From positions 7,316,001-7,380,000 of the forward strand of contig CM060731.1 of NCBI GenBank assembly GCA_030704615.1: a stretch of DNA of 64,000 bases, written 5' to 3'. Shown here piece after piece: positions 1-11,720 of the stretch (positions are counted from its first letter, which is position 1; each line of letters opens with the position of its first letter). The translations under genes were made by a program, and so were the position numbers. The notes below the pieces were generated by a model. The model made no database searches and was not told the DNA's origin. It worked only from the letters and a program-made list of their open reading frames with translations. This DNA is from Takakia lepidozioides. Lineage: Eukaryota; Plantae; Bryophyta.

Positions 1-3000
1 GCAGAGTGCGGAGTATACTTCCCTCGATGGTCTCTCTGCCTACCGAGACGGTACAGGCAGTGAGTGGGGGCGAGCATGTGAGGACCACGGGGTGCATGCA
101 TCCATGGCACACGTGGGAGGTGCTCGAGGTTCAGAGGGAGTTGGCAGCCAAGGCGGCTGTGATGGATGAGGTTGGGGATTCTTCCCGGGTTGAGGAGGTC
201 CTCAAGGATGAGATGATGGGGCAGGATGAGGCCTTGTCATTGACTGAGCAGGCAGGGAGTACTGCTCAAGAGGTTGCAACATAGCAACCACTGGACGCGT
301 CCTCTACCTCTAAGCCCACTGGACTTAAGGTTGCAGTTACGGAGGACAATTAGGAGCCTGACATTGGATCCATTGTCACCGGAGGAGAGAGACGACGTAT
401 ACGGCGGTTCCTGAGGGCTTACAGGAATTGCTTTGCCTTCAGTTTGAAGGACTTGGGAGCACTGAAGGGTCAAGAGATCCATATTGAGTTGGCCACTGAC
501 ACGCCAATCTTTCAGAGACCCTATAGATACAGTGACATGGAGAGGTCTTTGATTCAGATGAGGACTCAAGATCTCTGGGAGGCAGGTTTGGTGGAGCTCT
601 CTGGTGGAGAGTATGCTTCAGCCACAATGATGCCAACCAAGAAGGATGTCTATGGCAATTGGACGGAGAGACGTATGTGCGGTGATTACCGGCCTGTAAA
701 TCGTCAGACCAAGTCCGATAAGTATGCCATGCCAACACCAGAGGAGATCTTTGATGCCATCGGGCATGCTAAGGCCTTTAGCACTTTGGATTTGCGATCC
801 GGATATCACCAGTTGCCAATCAAGGAGGCGGACAAGCAGAAGACGACATTCTGGGGGATCAATGAGCACGACAAGGATTGCCTATATCAGTGGCGGTTCT
901 TACCATTTGGGCTTAAGAATGCTCCTGCAGAGTTTTCAGAGAGTCATGGATAGGATTCTAGCAGGGGTGGACTTTGCTCGGTGCTACATAGATGACATCA
1001 TCATCTTTAGTGTTACGATGGAGGAGCATGAAAGACACCTTCAGGTGGTATTGGAGCGCTTGAGAGCGCACGGATTGAAGTTGCATCCGGGGAAGTGCAA
1101 GTTTTTCCACAACCAGATTGAGTATCTGGGTCACATGATATATCCTGGAGGATTGGGGGTACAGCAGACTAAGGTAGAGGCCATTGCACAAATTCCACGC
1201 CCCACGGATGTGAGCCGAGTTCGAGCTTTCATGGGGTTGGCAAACTATTATAGACGGTTTGTCAAGGGATTTAGCACCATTGCAAAGGCTCTAACCAAGC
1301 TGACCAAGGTGGACCAGGAGTGGCTGTGGGAAGATGAGCAGGAACGAGCTTTTCAAGAGCTCAAGGTGAGGTTGACCTCGGCGCCTATCCTGAGACGACC
1401 TATCAGGGGACGTCCCATTTCAGCTGCATACGGATTGGTGCATGCTAGGGCTTGGAGCGGTGCTCACACAGGTGGATGATGAGGGAAGAGAGTTCGTAGT
1501 GGCTTATGCTAGCCACTCGAACAACACTGCAGAGGCTAAGTACAGCTCATATGAGGGAGAGTGCTTAGCTGCAGTGTGGGCCGTGGCACACTTCAGGTGC
1601 AATCTATACGGCAATCTTTTCACCCTTGTCACGGATCACCAACCACTCAAGTGGTTGATGGATCAGACAAGCTTACGGGGAAGCTTACACGGTGGGCACT
1701 CATACTCCAGAAGTATGACTTTCAGGTTGTGCATTTACCGGGTTTGGTCAATCGGGATGCGGATGGATTGAGTCGCAATCCATGCACGAGCCAACAGGAT
1801 GACACTGGAGCTCGGTGGCATGGTGAGACGGACGAGGAGATGGTGCCGGGATGGCACGCATCTGCATTTTTGTGTATCTTGGCATCGGGAGGTTAGGTTG
1901 GACCTACTACAGGGATGACTGTAGACGGAGTGTCTGAGGACCCTGAGGCTAGTGATGAGCCAGGTGGTGCCAGAGATATACATGAGGATTCGGCTGTGTT
2001 GGACTACCTCCGCACGGGAGACACGGTAGCCACTGTGACTGCCAGGGAGAGGGATCGGATCCTGCAACGAGCCAAGAGGTTCAAGTGGGAGGGGATACAC
2101 CTACTTCGAGTGTGGGAGGATGGTCGGGTGAGGATTGTGCCTCACCCCACACAGCGTGCACGGTTAGTGCGGCATGCCCATGAGGAGTTGGGGCATTTTG
2201 GAGTGCGACGCATTCACAGTTTACTGCAGGGGCAGTATTGGTGGCGTGGTATGCATACAGAGGTGCAAAGTTCGTGGCTAGGTGCATGGTGTGTGACAGG
2301 GTGCGTGCTTCATTCAACGCCCCTACACCACAGTTGCATCCTTTACCAATCATGGGATTGGGCTACAGGTGGAGTCTTGACTTTGCAGGACCGTTGCCAC
2401 TGACTATGCGCCACCACAGATATGTGTTGGTGATGGTGGAGCACTTCTCCAAGTGGATTGAGTTGGTTCCATTGCCTGACAAGGCTAGTGAGGGGGCTGC
2501 GTATGCATTCTTGGATCGTGTGCTTAGCCGATTTGGTGCTCCAGCTGAGGTACTCACGGACCAAGGGAGAGAGTTCTTGGGGGAGTTTTAGGCTTTGTGT
2601 GATAAAGCCTTGATAGACCACCGCATCACTTCTCGGGATCATCCTGAGGCCGATGGCTTGGCGGAGAGAGTTGTTCAGACGGTGAAGAGGGGTTTGCGCA
2701 AGTATGGCTTGCAGAAGGGACACCTAGGAGATTGGGATCTTCAGGTTCCTTGGTTAGCCATGGGCTATAGGTTCAGCAAACAAGCATCACTTGCCTCCTT
2801 CTCACCATATTTCCTTCTCTTTGGCCGAGAGCCGGATTTGCCTGCAGCCATTTGTAGGGACACTGCTCAAGTCCTTAACCTTGACAATCAGGACGTGTGG
2901 GTACGTGCAAGTGATCAGCGTGCAGAGTTGTTCAAGAAAGTCATGCCCATGGCTTTTGAGAACCTTGCCATTGCACAGCACCGTGATACGTTGAGGTATG

Positions 3001-3419
3001 TCACTATACGTGGTGGAGGATATCGTCCTGGGGTTCGGAGGTTTAGCCCTGGTGACTATGTTTATTTGCAGCAGACTGCTCCTACGACTCTGGATGTTAC
3101 TGCAGGGCGTGTTATTCTGAGGGTTCGAGAGGTGTTGCCCTCAGGGGTCATGATCTTGGAGGGTCGGGATGGCATGACTTGGAAGGACCATGTGCGTAAT
3201 TGTGCGCCATGTCACCTTCCCAATGTCGATGGCAGAGTTGACCCAAACTTGGCAGTGGTACCTACAGGTTTGAGGTGCATGCTCTGTGGGTCTGCCAAAG
3301 AGGCAGCCACCATGCTGGTGTGTGATCGATGCTCAAGGGGTTGGCATATGGGATGCTTGACACCACCTCTTGAGAAGGTTCCTGACGGAGATTGGTTGTG
3401 TCCACACTGCTTGGGATAG
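1..3419 (+). mobile_element. Ty3/Gypsy LTR retrotransposon pol (PR-RT linker, RT, RNase H, integrase, C-terminal PHD finger); degenerate
   Basis: RT motifs RMCGDYRPVN, STLDLRSGYHQ, LPFGLKNAP and YIDDIIIFS. RNase H motifs GLGAVLTQ, EGECLAAVW and TDHQPLKW. Integrase HHCC (HEELGH...CMVC), SLDFAGP, TDQGREF and GLAERVVQ. The RT-RH-INT order is Gypsy. Several frameshifts and a stop are present. Confidence 0.95.
3277..3419 (+). other. PHD finger (C4-H-C3) at the integrase C-terminus
   Basis: CMLC...MLVCDRCSRGWHMGCLTPPLEKVPDGDWLCPHC has canonical PHD spacing and is in frame with the integrase ORF 2595-3419. Confidence 0.92.
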
Positions 3420-3668
3420 TGGCAGTGGACATGACTGGAGGCAGCTAACAAGACATGGGAGGCCAAGCTCATAGGAGTCAATACATGAGATCCCAAACTC
3501 AAGTTCACAGGTTGCAAGACGGCGACTAACGATGGGGCAACTCTTGCACCCGGCCTCTTGATCTATCGAGTTTGAGTGTAGTAGGGATAGTGGTGGAGGA
3601 CTTAGTGAGGCTATGGTCATTATCACATCTTGTGGCTACCTGGACTTAGAGGGACCTAAGCACCAGCT

Positions 3669-3679
3669 AGGGGGGCGAT
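3669..3679 (+). other. Polypurine tract of the Gypsy element
   Basis: AGGGGGGCGAT lies immediately before the TG that opens the LTR. Confidence 0.75.
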
Positions 3680-4174
3680 TGTGTGGACTAGTGACTGCCA
3701 TAGTGGGCAGCATAGTGGCAGCCTAGTGACTGACTAGTTGTAGCCTAGTGGTTGGACTAGTGGCTGGACTAGTGGTATACTAGTGTGTGGTGTGCACATG
3801 TGTTGTATGGTTTTGGACAGCGATGTAGTTGTGTAGCGATATGTATGCGCACGACAGCTGTCAAGTTATTTTATCACCAGTGTGAAACTAGCTAGGAAAT
3901 AGCTAGCTTTACATATTGACATTTGGGATTGGCCCAAGTGTCAATCCAGGGGTCAAGGCAGATTTAGGCCCTGGAGTGGTTATCTTCACGGCAAGCGCGG
4001 GAGGCTCATCTTTCTCGAGTTGAGCCTCACCGCGCCTAACTATGGCGCCGTAGTGTGGATTCCCCATGGCGTGGGGTGCACTTGGCTTGACTTGTATTTG
4101 AGTGATGAGGTTATATATGCATGAGTTTATGCTTCAGATTTGTGAGCTCGTGCTTGTATTCTTCCTCGTTATCA
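3680..4174 (+). repeat. 3' LTR of the PHD-Gypsy element
   Basis: Starts TGTGTGGACTAGTG after the PPT and ends ...GTTATCA. Contains short internal CTAGTGG repeats. Confidence 0.7.
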
Positions 4175-4175
4175 T

Positions 4176-4336
4176 TGTGTGGACTAGTGACTGCCATAGT
4201 GGGCAGCATAGTGGAAGCCTAGTGACTGACTAGTTGTAGCCTAGTGGTTGGACTAGTGGTGGACTAGTGGTATACTAGTGTGTGGTGTGGTTTTGGACAA
4301 CGATGTAGTTGTGTAGCGATATGTATGCGCACGACA
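4176..4336 (+). repeat. Second, truncated tandem LTR copy
   Basis: Near-identical to 3680-3856 apart from small deletions. Similarity stops abruptly after GCGCACGACA. Confidence 0.85.
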
Positions 4337-5640
4337 CGTACGTTGATACCTTGCTATCGCAGACCTTCAGTGTAAATCGGTTTACTGATGTCTCCAGAAC
4401 ATAGTTGAAGAATGAGCAGAGAATATGGCGGAGGAAGCTCAGACGACGACTATGCATATTCTGTTATTCCTTCCAGATATGCAGCCGTCCATTTTAATTA
4501 CTTTTCTTGTGGGCCCAGTGGTCAGAGTATCCCTAGGAGCAATGTCGGCAGCTGTTAAACCGTTAATCAGAACCTCATCAATAAACACAATAACAAGCCG
4601 ACTTCCTGGAAGCATGCCACAGGATCTGAGGGTGGGATTGCAGATTAAGTAAATGTATCTTTATACTACTACCAATGATCATGCGTACCTGGAAAGATCA
4701 AAATGTGAAACGAACGTGGGGTTGGCTAACAAGGATGATCGTGTATGATATCCCAAAATTTGTCATCAAACTCTCGTTTATTTACATATATTTGTCTAAG
4801 ACTGTGCGCCAAGATTTCTGGGATTCGCTGTTATTTTTAAATATTGAAACCGTTCTAATAAAGAACACGCCGTTTATTTTGGGCGACACACGTCAGATAT
4901 CGATAACTGAATACGAACAGCTGTACACTAATTGCTGGCATGTGCACTAATAAGGGAACGACTATGTGTAACGGTCATGCGAGAGGGAATCCGATGCTCC
5001 TAGAGACAAGCAACAACGCACGCAATCCCGCAAGAAATCGGGAGTCACTTCGTTTTTCTACTTTTCGCGCTTAGAGGGAGAGTGGTAGTCAAGCTGGAGA
5101 GGGTTCCTTCTACAATACGAAAGAGAAGGAAGTCTCTTTATTTTACTTCCCTTAGAGAGAGACGCAGATCAAGAGAGCAAATGACGAGGCGTCGTTTGTT
5201 GGAAAACACAGGGCCAAGGCAGCAGGTGAACGCGGAGACTGATTCACAAGAGCAGACCGAGACTGAGGCAGCGGCTGTGGCACAGTCGGTGATAACAGTG
5301 CGCATTGGAAACCAGCCTGTGGATACAGAGATGACTCGCAGGGAAACTAAAGGAGGTGGAAGTACGAGGAACGCTGAACCGGGAGAAGGTCCAGAAACCC
5401 TAGAGCAGACAGAAATTCCAGCAGATGTGAGAGGGAAGAGGAAAGTTGCAGAAGGGGATCCAATTTCAAAACCTAAGAAGGCGCCAATAAGTTTTCTCTA
5501 ACTTACATTTCATTGTTGAAGATCTGCGTAGAGATTGAGTGGAATGTCCCAGAAAGGGATTGTGGCTACTGACCATCACCATGAAACAACGGTGATTTGC
5601 TTTCTACTCCTCTGTTAAGGGTTTACAGCACAATGAGTGG

Positions 5641-6293
5641 GTGACTGACGGTACCGTCATTCACTGTTGTTCAGATCATACAGTCTGTCTGATTGCCTTT
5701 CAAGCAGTCCTTCCTCTTCCCTTCTTTAGCAGGAACATGTGATTGAAGTTTACTGAATTGTGAGCGTCGTTAACGCCATTCGATTCTCCTCATGAGATTT
5801 ATTTACCTATGTGTTAGAAGAGAGAGTAAGGGTCGGCATATTCAGTCATAATGTATTGCAATGCATTTTCTTTGTATGAGGTTGAACAGATAGAGAAGTG
5901 GAAAGGCGGTACCGCCAATCAAAGATTTGAAGACCATACTGTAGATTCAGGTAGAGTATCGATTGGAAAGTACTCTCGACATAGACAGGAAACCGTGAAT
6001 GCTTGCGACGGTAATCACAATGGAGTCAATCTGAATAATCTGCACTTACTATCCGCCCTAAACTATACTGAATGTCGTTGCCGCCAATTACTTACACATA
6101 TATGTCATTACACAACACCGATCCGACAGGTCCTTTTCTTTTGTGATTGTCGTTAACGCCGTTCGCTCTCGCTCTCGCTTTTGTTTTGAATTCGGCAGGA
6201 TCAGCTTTGCTTGTGTAGATGGTTCTGAATTTGTTTCACACCATTCATTGTGAGTTTCGTCGAGACAGAGTGATGGTCGTTACCGCTGTTCAC
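5641..6293. repeat. Array 1 of degenerate 24-bp palindromes (intronic)
   Basis: Copies at 5641 GTGACTGACGG-TA-CCGTCATTCAC, 5760, 5899 TGGAAAGGCGG-TA-CCGCCAATCAA, 5995, 6068 CTGAATGTCGT-TG-CCGCCAATTAC, 6143, 6225 and 6270. Confidence 0.7.
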
Positions 6294-8123
6294 TATTTGC
6301 ACATTACTCAGTCAGATTTGAATGGCATCGTGCAGAAAACTGTGAGGTCCAAGCCTACAGGATCAGAGGGGAAAGGATCTGGAGATGGGGACAAGTCTGG
6401 AAAAAGCTCAGAGAATAACGATGAAGCAGATGAATCTGAAGTGCACTACCTTGACAAGGTGAAAGAACTCATGTCATTCCAGAAGGTAAATTCTCAGGAG
6501 GTTATAAGGGATATGCTCGTATCTGGAGGGCGTCTGGACATCCCTCTGTGCCGGATGATATCTATGCCTGTTGTGCGTCCACCTCTTTCCCATGACATAA
6601 CAAAATTGGAGAGTGATTTCGTGCATGGATATAGACTTGGTGCACAAGTTTTTTATGTGTCACTGACAGATATAAATGGGAAAAGCACATTAGTGTCTCC
6701 AGAGATCAGTGATACTTGGGATGAGTGCTGGAAAGAACACCCAGCAATTATGCAATCACATGTTCTACGTCTGGGACGGCAACCACCGATTGCTGGCATG
6801 GATGGGATACATCCAGAAACACTATGCGAAAGACAAAGACAAGCATGTTGCTGTGGAGGCAATGGTTTTGGATCCAGGAAACGACATCGCTAGGCTTCTT
6901 ACAGCTATGCACGACGTGAACAAGTAAGTCATCCTAGAGATTTCATTCCCTCTGTAGTGTCTTGTTAATCCCAAAAAAACAGTGTTAAGGAATGCAATGT
7001 TTCCAATGTTTTTGCATATCGACAGAGAAATCGCATGTGACAACAAGCTTGGTCCACACACTATTCCGAATTCAGAGGATTGGTCTGATGAAGCTGGATG
7101 ATTTTCGGACAGTACTCCCCCCCAATATAATCAAGAAGTGCGAAACAGGAAGAGCTGCAAGCACTTGGTATTCTTTGACTCGAGAGGCGTTTCTGGAGTA
7201 CATGTATGCGGTAAGCCCGAGTCTGTACTCAGTTTACTTTTCGAATACATGTTTGTAGTTCCTTTGCTGCTAATCACTATTTGAATCAATGCAGCAAGAA
7301 CTGGCAGAGGCAGCTGAGAAGGGAAAATCCGAATATTACCGCACTACACCAGAGGAACTAAGGACATCAAAGGGTGTGGAAGCAGCAATAAAAAAAGAGT
7401 TTGAAATGCGAGGAACCAAATTGATGTCCGCCTTCGGAAAGCGCTTAGAATAGTAGATCCTGGACTTGGTTCTGAGTTCCTTCAGCAAATCAAATCTCAC
7501 TATGACAAGCATGTGCATCCGGAGATGCAGCAGGAGAAATTGCACCGGCTAGCCATATCCATCGTTGACCCACAAACAAAAATAAGGTGGCTGGAGATAT
7601 GGAACTCAGATTAGATAGTAAAGGACTTGAATCAGATCCCAAAGAGCACCATACAGCCTGGCACAAAGGTGGAAGGAATCAGTGATTTGGTGTTTGATAA
7701 CTGGCTCCACAAGGCTACATTTTGGAGTCAGGTGTGTATTCAAATAAGCCGTTTTCTTTTCTTCAATTATGTGATGAGTATCTTATTTGCAATACTGACA
7801 AATATACAATTTGCAGCTCGAAAAGCGCGCCATCATTGTGTTGGATCAGACTTTGAAGGACTTGAACATTTCGATTGTTTCCCCTCCCCAAATGTCATTG
7901 GAGGCATACATAAGGAAGTGGAGAGGTTTCACCTGGAGATACTGTTTTTTCCGGGAGTTCTCCAAAGATGGTAACATTTTACGATCCAACGACTTTGACA
8001 GTCAGGTTGGAGGAGAGTGGGCCATGATGCGAGTTGTGTACAGGTGCAATATCATACTGGAAACTCTACTGCACTTTTTGGGAAATAATTTGGCTTCATA
8101 AGGATTGTAATCATACGTCCAAA

Positions 8124-8877
8124 TTGAATGTCATTGACGACATTCACTTCTTTGTCTGAGTCATTCTTAAGCGAGAATTTGAATTCACCTGGATTAGGAG
8201 CTTAGGGTGTAATTATAGTGTCCCTGATTAGAATTGATAATGTCCCTGAATGGCGTTGACGACATTCACATCCAGAGTTGTTGAGAGGTCCTCAGAGTTA
8301 TGTAAGTTTTTGTAATGTCCATAGAGTTTACAGTGAGGGTTCCTCACTTCAGTTTGCTGAATGTCAATGCAGACATTCAGTTGTTCTGCATTGCTTTTGC
8401 CTCTTGCGAGAAATTTGAGGCTTGATTAGCTCTGTTATCAGAGATCCAAAGTGAATGTCGTTGACGACATTCACTTCTATGTCTGTGTCATTCACGAGCG
8501 ACAATTTGAATTTACATGGATTGGGAGCTAAGGGTGTATTAATTGGTTCATTGTTCGTAATTTTGTGAATGGCGTTGACGCCATTCACATCCAATGTTAT
8601 TATGAGGTCCTCAGTGTTATGTTCGTTATGAATGTCCATTGAGTTTTTGGGGAGGGTTCCTTACTCGAGTTTCTGATTTCCATCCAATGATTTTGCCTCT
8701 TTTGAGAAATCATTAGGCTTGATTAGCAGTGTATTTACAAATCCAAAGTGAATGTCGTTGACGACATTGACTTCTATGTCTGTGTCATTCCAAAGCGAGA
8801 GTTCGCATTCACGTGGATTAGGGTATATTTACAGTATCATTGAATGGAATGTTTTGAATGGCGTTGACAACATTCAC
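8124..8877. repeat. Array 2 of 24-bp palindromes within a ~300-330 bp tandem unit (intronic)
   Basis: Copies at 8124, 8246, 8357 (CTGAATGTC-N6-GACATTCAG), 8451 (GTGAATGTCGT-TG-ACGACATTCAC), 8565 (GTGAATGGCGT-TG-ACGCCATTCAC), 8748 and 8854. Confidence 0.92.
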
Positions 8878-11354
8878 ATCCGGAACTGTCGTGTGGTCCT
8901 GAAAGGTCCTTGGAGCAGTTCTCAGAGCCATTTCATTCCATGTTTTTTTCATTCTGTGCTACTTGCATCTTACTCACTTCACGCTTTGGTGGGTTGGGAT
9001 TTATCTCCTGTTTAACATGTATACAAAATATGTGCTTATGGAAGGAAATCACCTGAGCGGTATTCCAGACTATCTTGACATGTGGTCGGACCCTGCAAAC
9101 GATCCAACCATGTATACTGCAGGGATATTGAAGGACTGGAGTCCTTCTCACTTCAGAGACTGTGGCTGGTACCTTGACTGCCCACCGGAGCACACGACCT
9201 TTCAAGAACATCATATGAAATATTTGAACAATAATGCAGAGATGCTGGCGCCTCTGACTGACGAAGAGTACCAAAGAAACATAGCAACATTGGCTGCCAA
9301 GGAGCCTGATGCTCAGGGAACGCCGCAGAAGGGAAAGAAGGCGGGCCGCAAACCAAAAGACAAGGCTCTTGATGTCATAGCCATCTCACCAGCAAAGCCA
9401 AAGGACAAAGACAAGTCCAAAGAGAAGGAAAAGGACAAGGGGAAGGAGAAATAAAAGGAGATGGAGAGTGGGCAGGACTTCATTGCTGGAAGATATACCC
9501 GCACAGTTCAGTGCGTGTTCGATGCCAAGCCACACCCTTCCCGTTCTGATTCGGCAGGAGAGATTAAAATTGTCAATGAGGGTTGGCTGTCGATGATGCA
9601 GAGTCGAAAGAGAGGATACACTGGGGTGCCTTCGCCTACCTGGGATAACATAATCTCATTCCTCAATCTGGTGAGAATTCTAGTTTCTTTCCTTTTTCTC
9701 TGAAAGTTTCATTGGCAGTATTTTAGTCTGGTTCTTTGAAAACATTCTTGCCATCGTTCTTAAAAAAAACATGTCTGTTGCAGGTGAGCACAGGTCCCAC
9801 CTTCGTGTGCGGTGTGCAGAAAACATATGCGGCTGACATTGTCATTCTCGACATCTCGGATGGCCAGGCTGTGCCAGAAGTTCTTCCAAAGGGCAAAACG
9901 CCAGGCTGGAACAAATTCGAGGACAACTACTGGAGTTGGGTGTTCGGGTTCTGTAATAATTTCCTCTCTGATGTAGGGACACTTCTGCTTTTTCAGTCAT
10001 GTGACAAAGATAGTCGTCGGGCATTGGCATCATACCTGAAGTCTTCAGGGTTTGAAGTTTTGCGCACATCGAATTGTGTGAACAGCCTCTACCTTGTGAA
10101 AGGGGGTTTCCCTGGTCAACTGGTATGTCGTCTCCCTTCTGCTTGTGCTTTCATTATGAGTTTCAATGTTATCTGCAGCTCCACTCTAGAAGAATCTGTC
10201 ATGATCGACACCGATCATCACCGATTCGTGATAAAACTGATTGTTTTGTGCCTGAGTTATGAATAGCCGATGTATACACTTCCACTATAGATTGTGTTTA
10301 CCACACTAACCTGCTATCTTTGGCAGACGAGGATGTTCGAGGCGATCTACCTGCGGAGGATTCGCACCTCAAAGACACCATCCTCCATCCGCAGCTTTGA
10401 GATTTCTGACTAGGGTTGTTTCGTCAACCCCCCCTATGAGCCGCATGTCGATGACATTTTGTACAACTTCATGCAGTCCAGTCAGACTCTGAAGAGACCA
10501 GATGGCACTCCCTGGAGAGGTGCAAAGGAAAAATCCCCAGCGTTCATGCAAATACTGCTGGAGTCATGCAGCCACCACTCTGCACGGGTGGTCAATCTTT
10601 CTGTATCCACAGGTTCGTTCTCTCCCTTCCGAATTGATTTTCTTTCACCAGTTCCATCTGCTTAAATCCCCCCCACCAAACTGTTCATGTCCTCCTGTCT
10701 GGTGCAGGAGCAACTTACCATGCATGCAAGGCAGGCGGAAGAAGCCTTTTTGGCATGGAGGGTGATTCTGACCTCTACAACACAGTGCTCCTCCCCCTTT
10801 TGTCTGGCTCCACTTCAGGCACACAGACTGATCGGATTCAAATTCAAAATGATGACGATCCCGAAGATAAGCAGGTCGACAACGACTTTTCATGTGAGTA
10901 AATGCTAAACCCACTTTGGGAGTCATACTCAATTTCTCAATAACATCAAAGTTACAGTAATAACTTTTTTCAGGCTGTCTTTCAGGAAAGTCAGCGGTGG
11001 ATCTTCAGGAGATACAGTCATTTGTGGCGAGTCTGTTTTCGACATCCCCCTTTCCAATTTTCTGCTTCCTGATTATGCCGAAGCAATGGCACTTCACGCG
11101 GCCGAGTCCCTATCCCCTGAATTTTTACTGCCCGGCCGTAGGTGTAGCCAGCGTAGATCCGGAGTTCTTAAATACTTAGACTTAGATGCAGAGGAAGTGG
11201 GGATACATTGTACTGACTATGAGTCAGACTGAACTATGTTTTTTTAATATTCTGTTTCATCCTCTTTGGAAAACATTGAATCCCCTTCCTCCACCGTAGT
11301 TGTTCCTTTGGAAAGAAAATAAATCAAAAACTCAACTACCATTTAAATTGCAAT

Positions 11355-11720
11355 ATGTATGAATCCATCTCACAAACCTCCCTCACTCTTGTCATATCCA
11401 TTGTGCTTTTCATCTACAGTGTATTCATGCGTGCTCCATTCATGAATGTTTTCCTTTGTTCAACATCCATTGTACATTCATCCTCTGTACTCTTTAATCC
11501 ACCCCACAAACCTTCCACACTCATGTCATATACGTTGTGCATTCGTCTAAAGTTTTAGTCATGCATCTTCCTGTCATGAATGTTTTTCATTGCTCAACAT
11601 CCATTATACATTCATCCATTTGACTCTTATCCATCCCTCATTCATCCATCTACATTCATTTTTCACACTCATCCATCTGTTTATCATCCAACTATACATT
11701 CATCCATCCTTTATTCATCT
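11355..11720 (+). repeat. CATTCATCC/CATCCAT-rich degenerate repeat
   Basis: Many copies of (TA)CATTCATCC(AT), plus a ~130-bp near-duplication (about 11440-11570 vs 11575-11700). Confidence 0.7.

Larger units (their letters stand above)
5181..10901 (+). pseudogene. Multi-exon ParB/Srx-like domain + beta-class (N6_N4_Mtase-like) DNA methyltransferase gene; degenerate
   Basis: ParB-like segments RMISMPVVRP...DITKLESDFVHGY...FYVWDGNHRLLAW (motif at 6775-6798). MTase-like exons: ADIVILDISDG...WSWVFGFCNNFLSDVGTLLLF (9784-10122); WRGAKEKSPAFMQILLESCSHHSARVVNLSVSTG (about 10460-10612) spliced to ATYHACKAGGRSLFGMEGD (from 10709). GT-AG introns are visible (e.g. donor GTAAGT at 6924). Frameshifts and stops occur at about 6735, 7450, 7613 and 10410. 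An extra exon may extend to 11232. Confidence 0.75.

Noticed and set aside
4337-4680. Divergent minus-strand ORF (YLICNPTLRSCG...VIVFIDEVLING) beside the ParB-MTase gene
   Set aside because: It is short, has no clear start and matches no family I recognise.
5641-8877. CRISPR array interpretation of the 24-bp palindromes
   Set aside because: The context is a eukaryotic intron with no cas genes. Spacer lengths are very uneven, and the spacers in array 2 are themselves duplicated.
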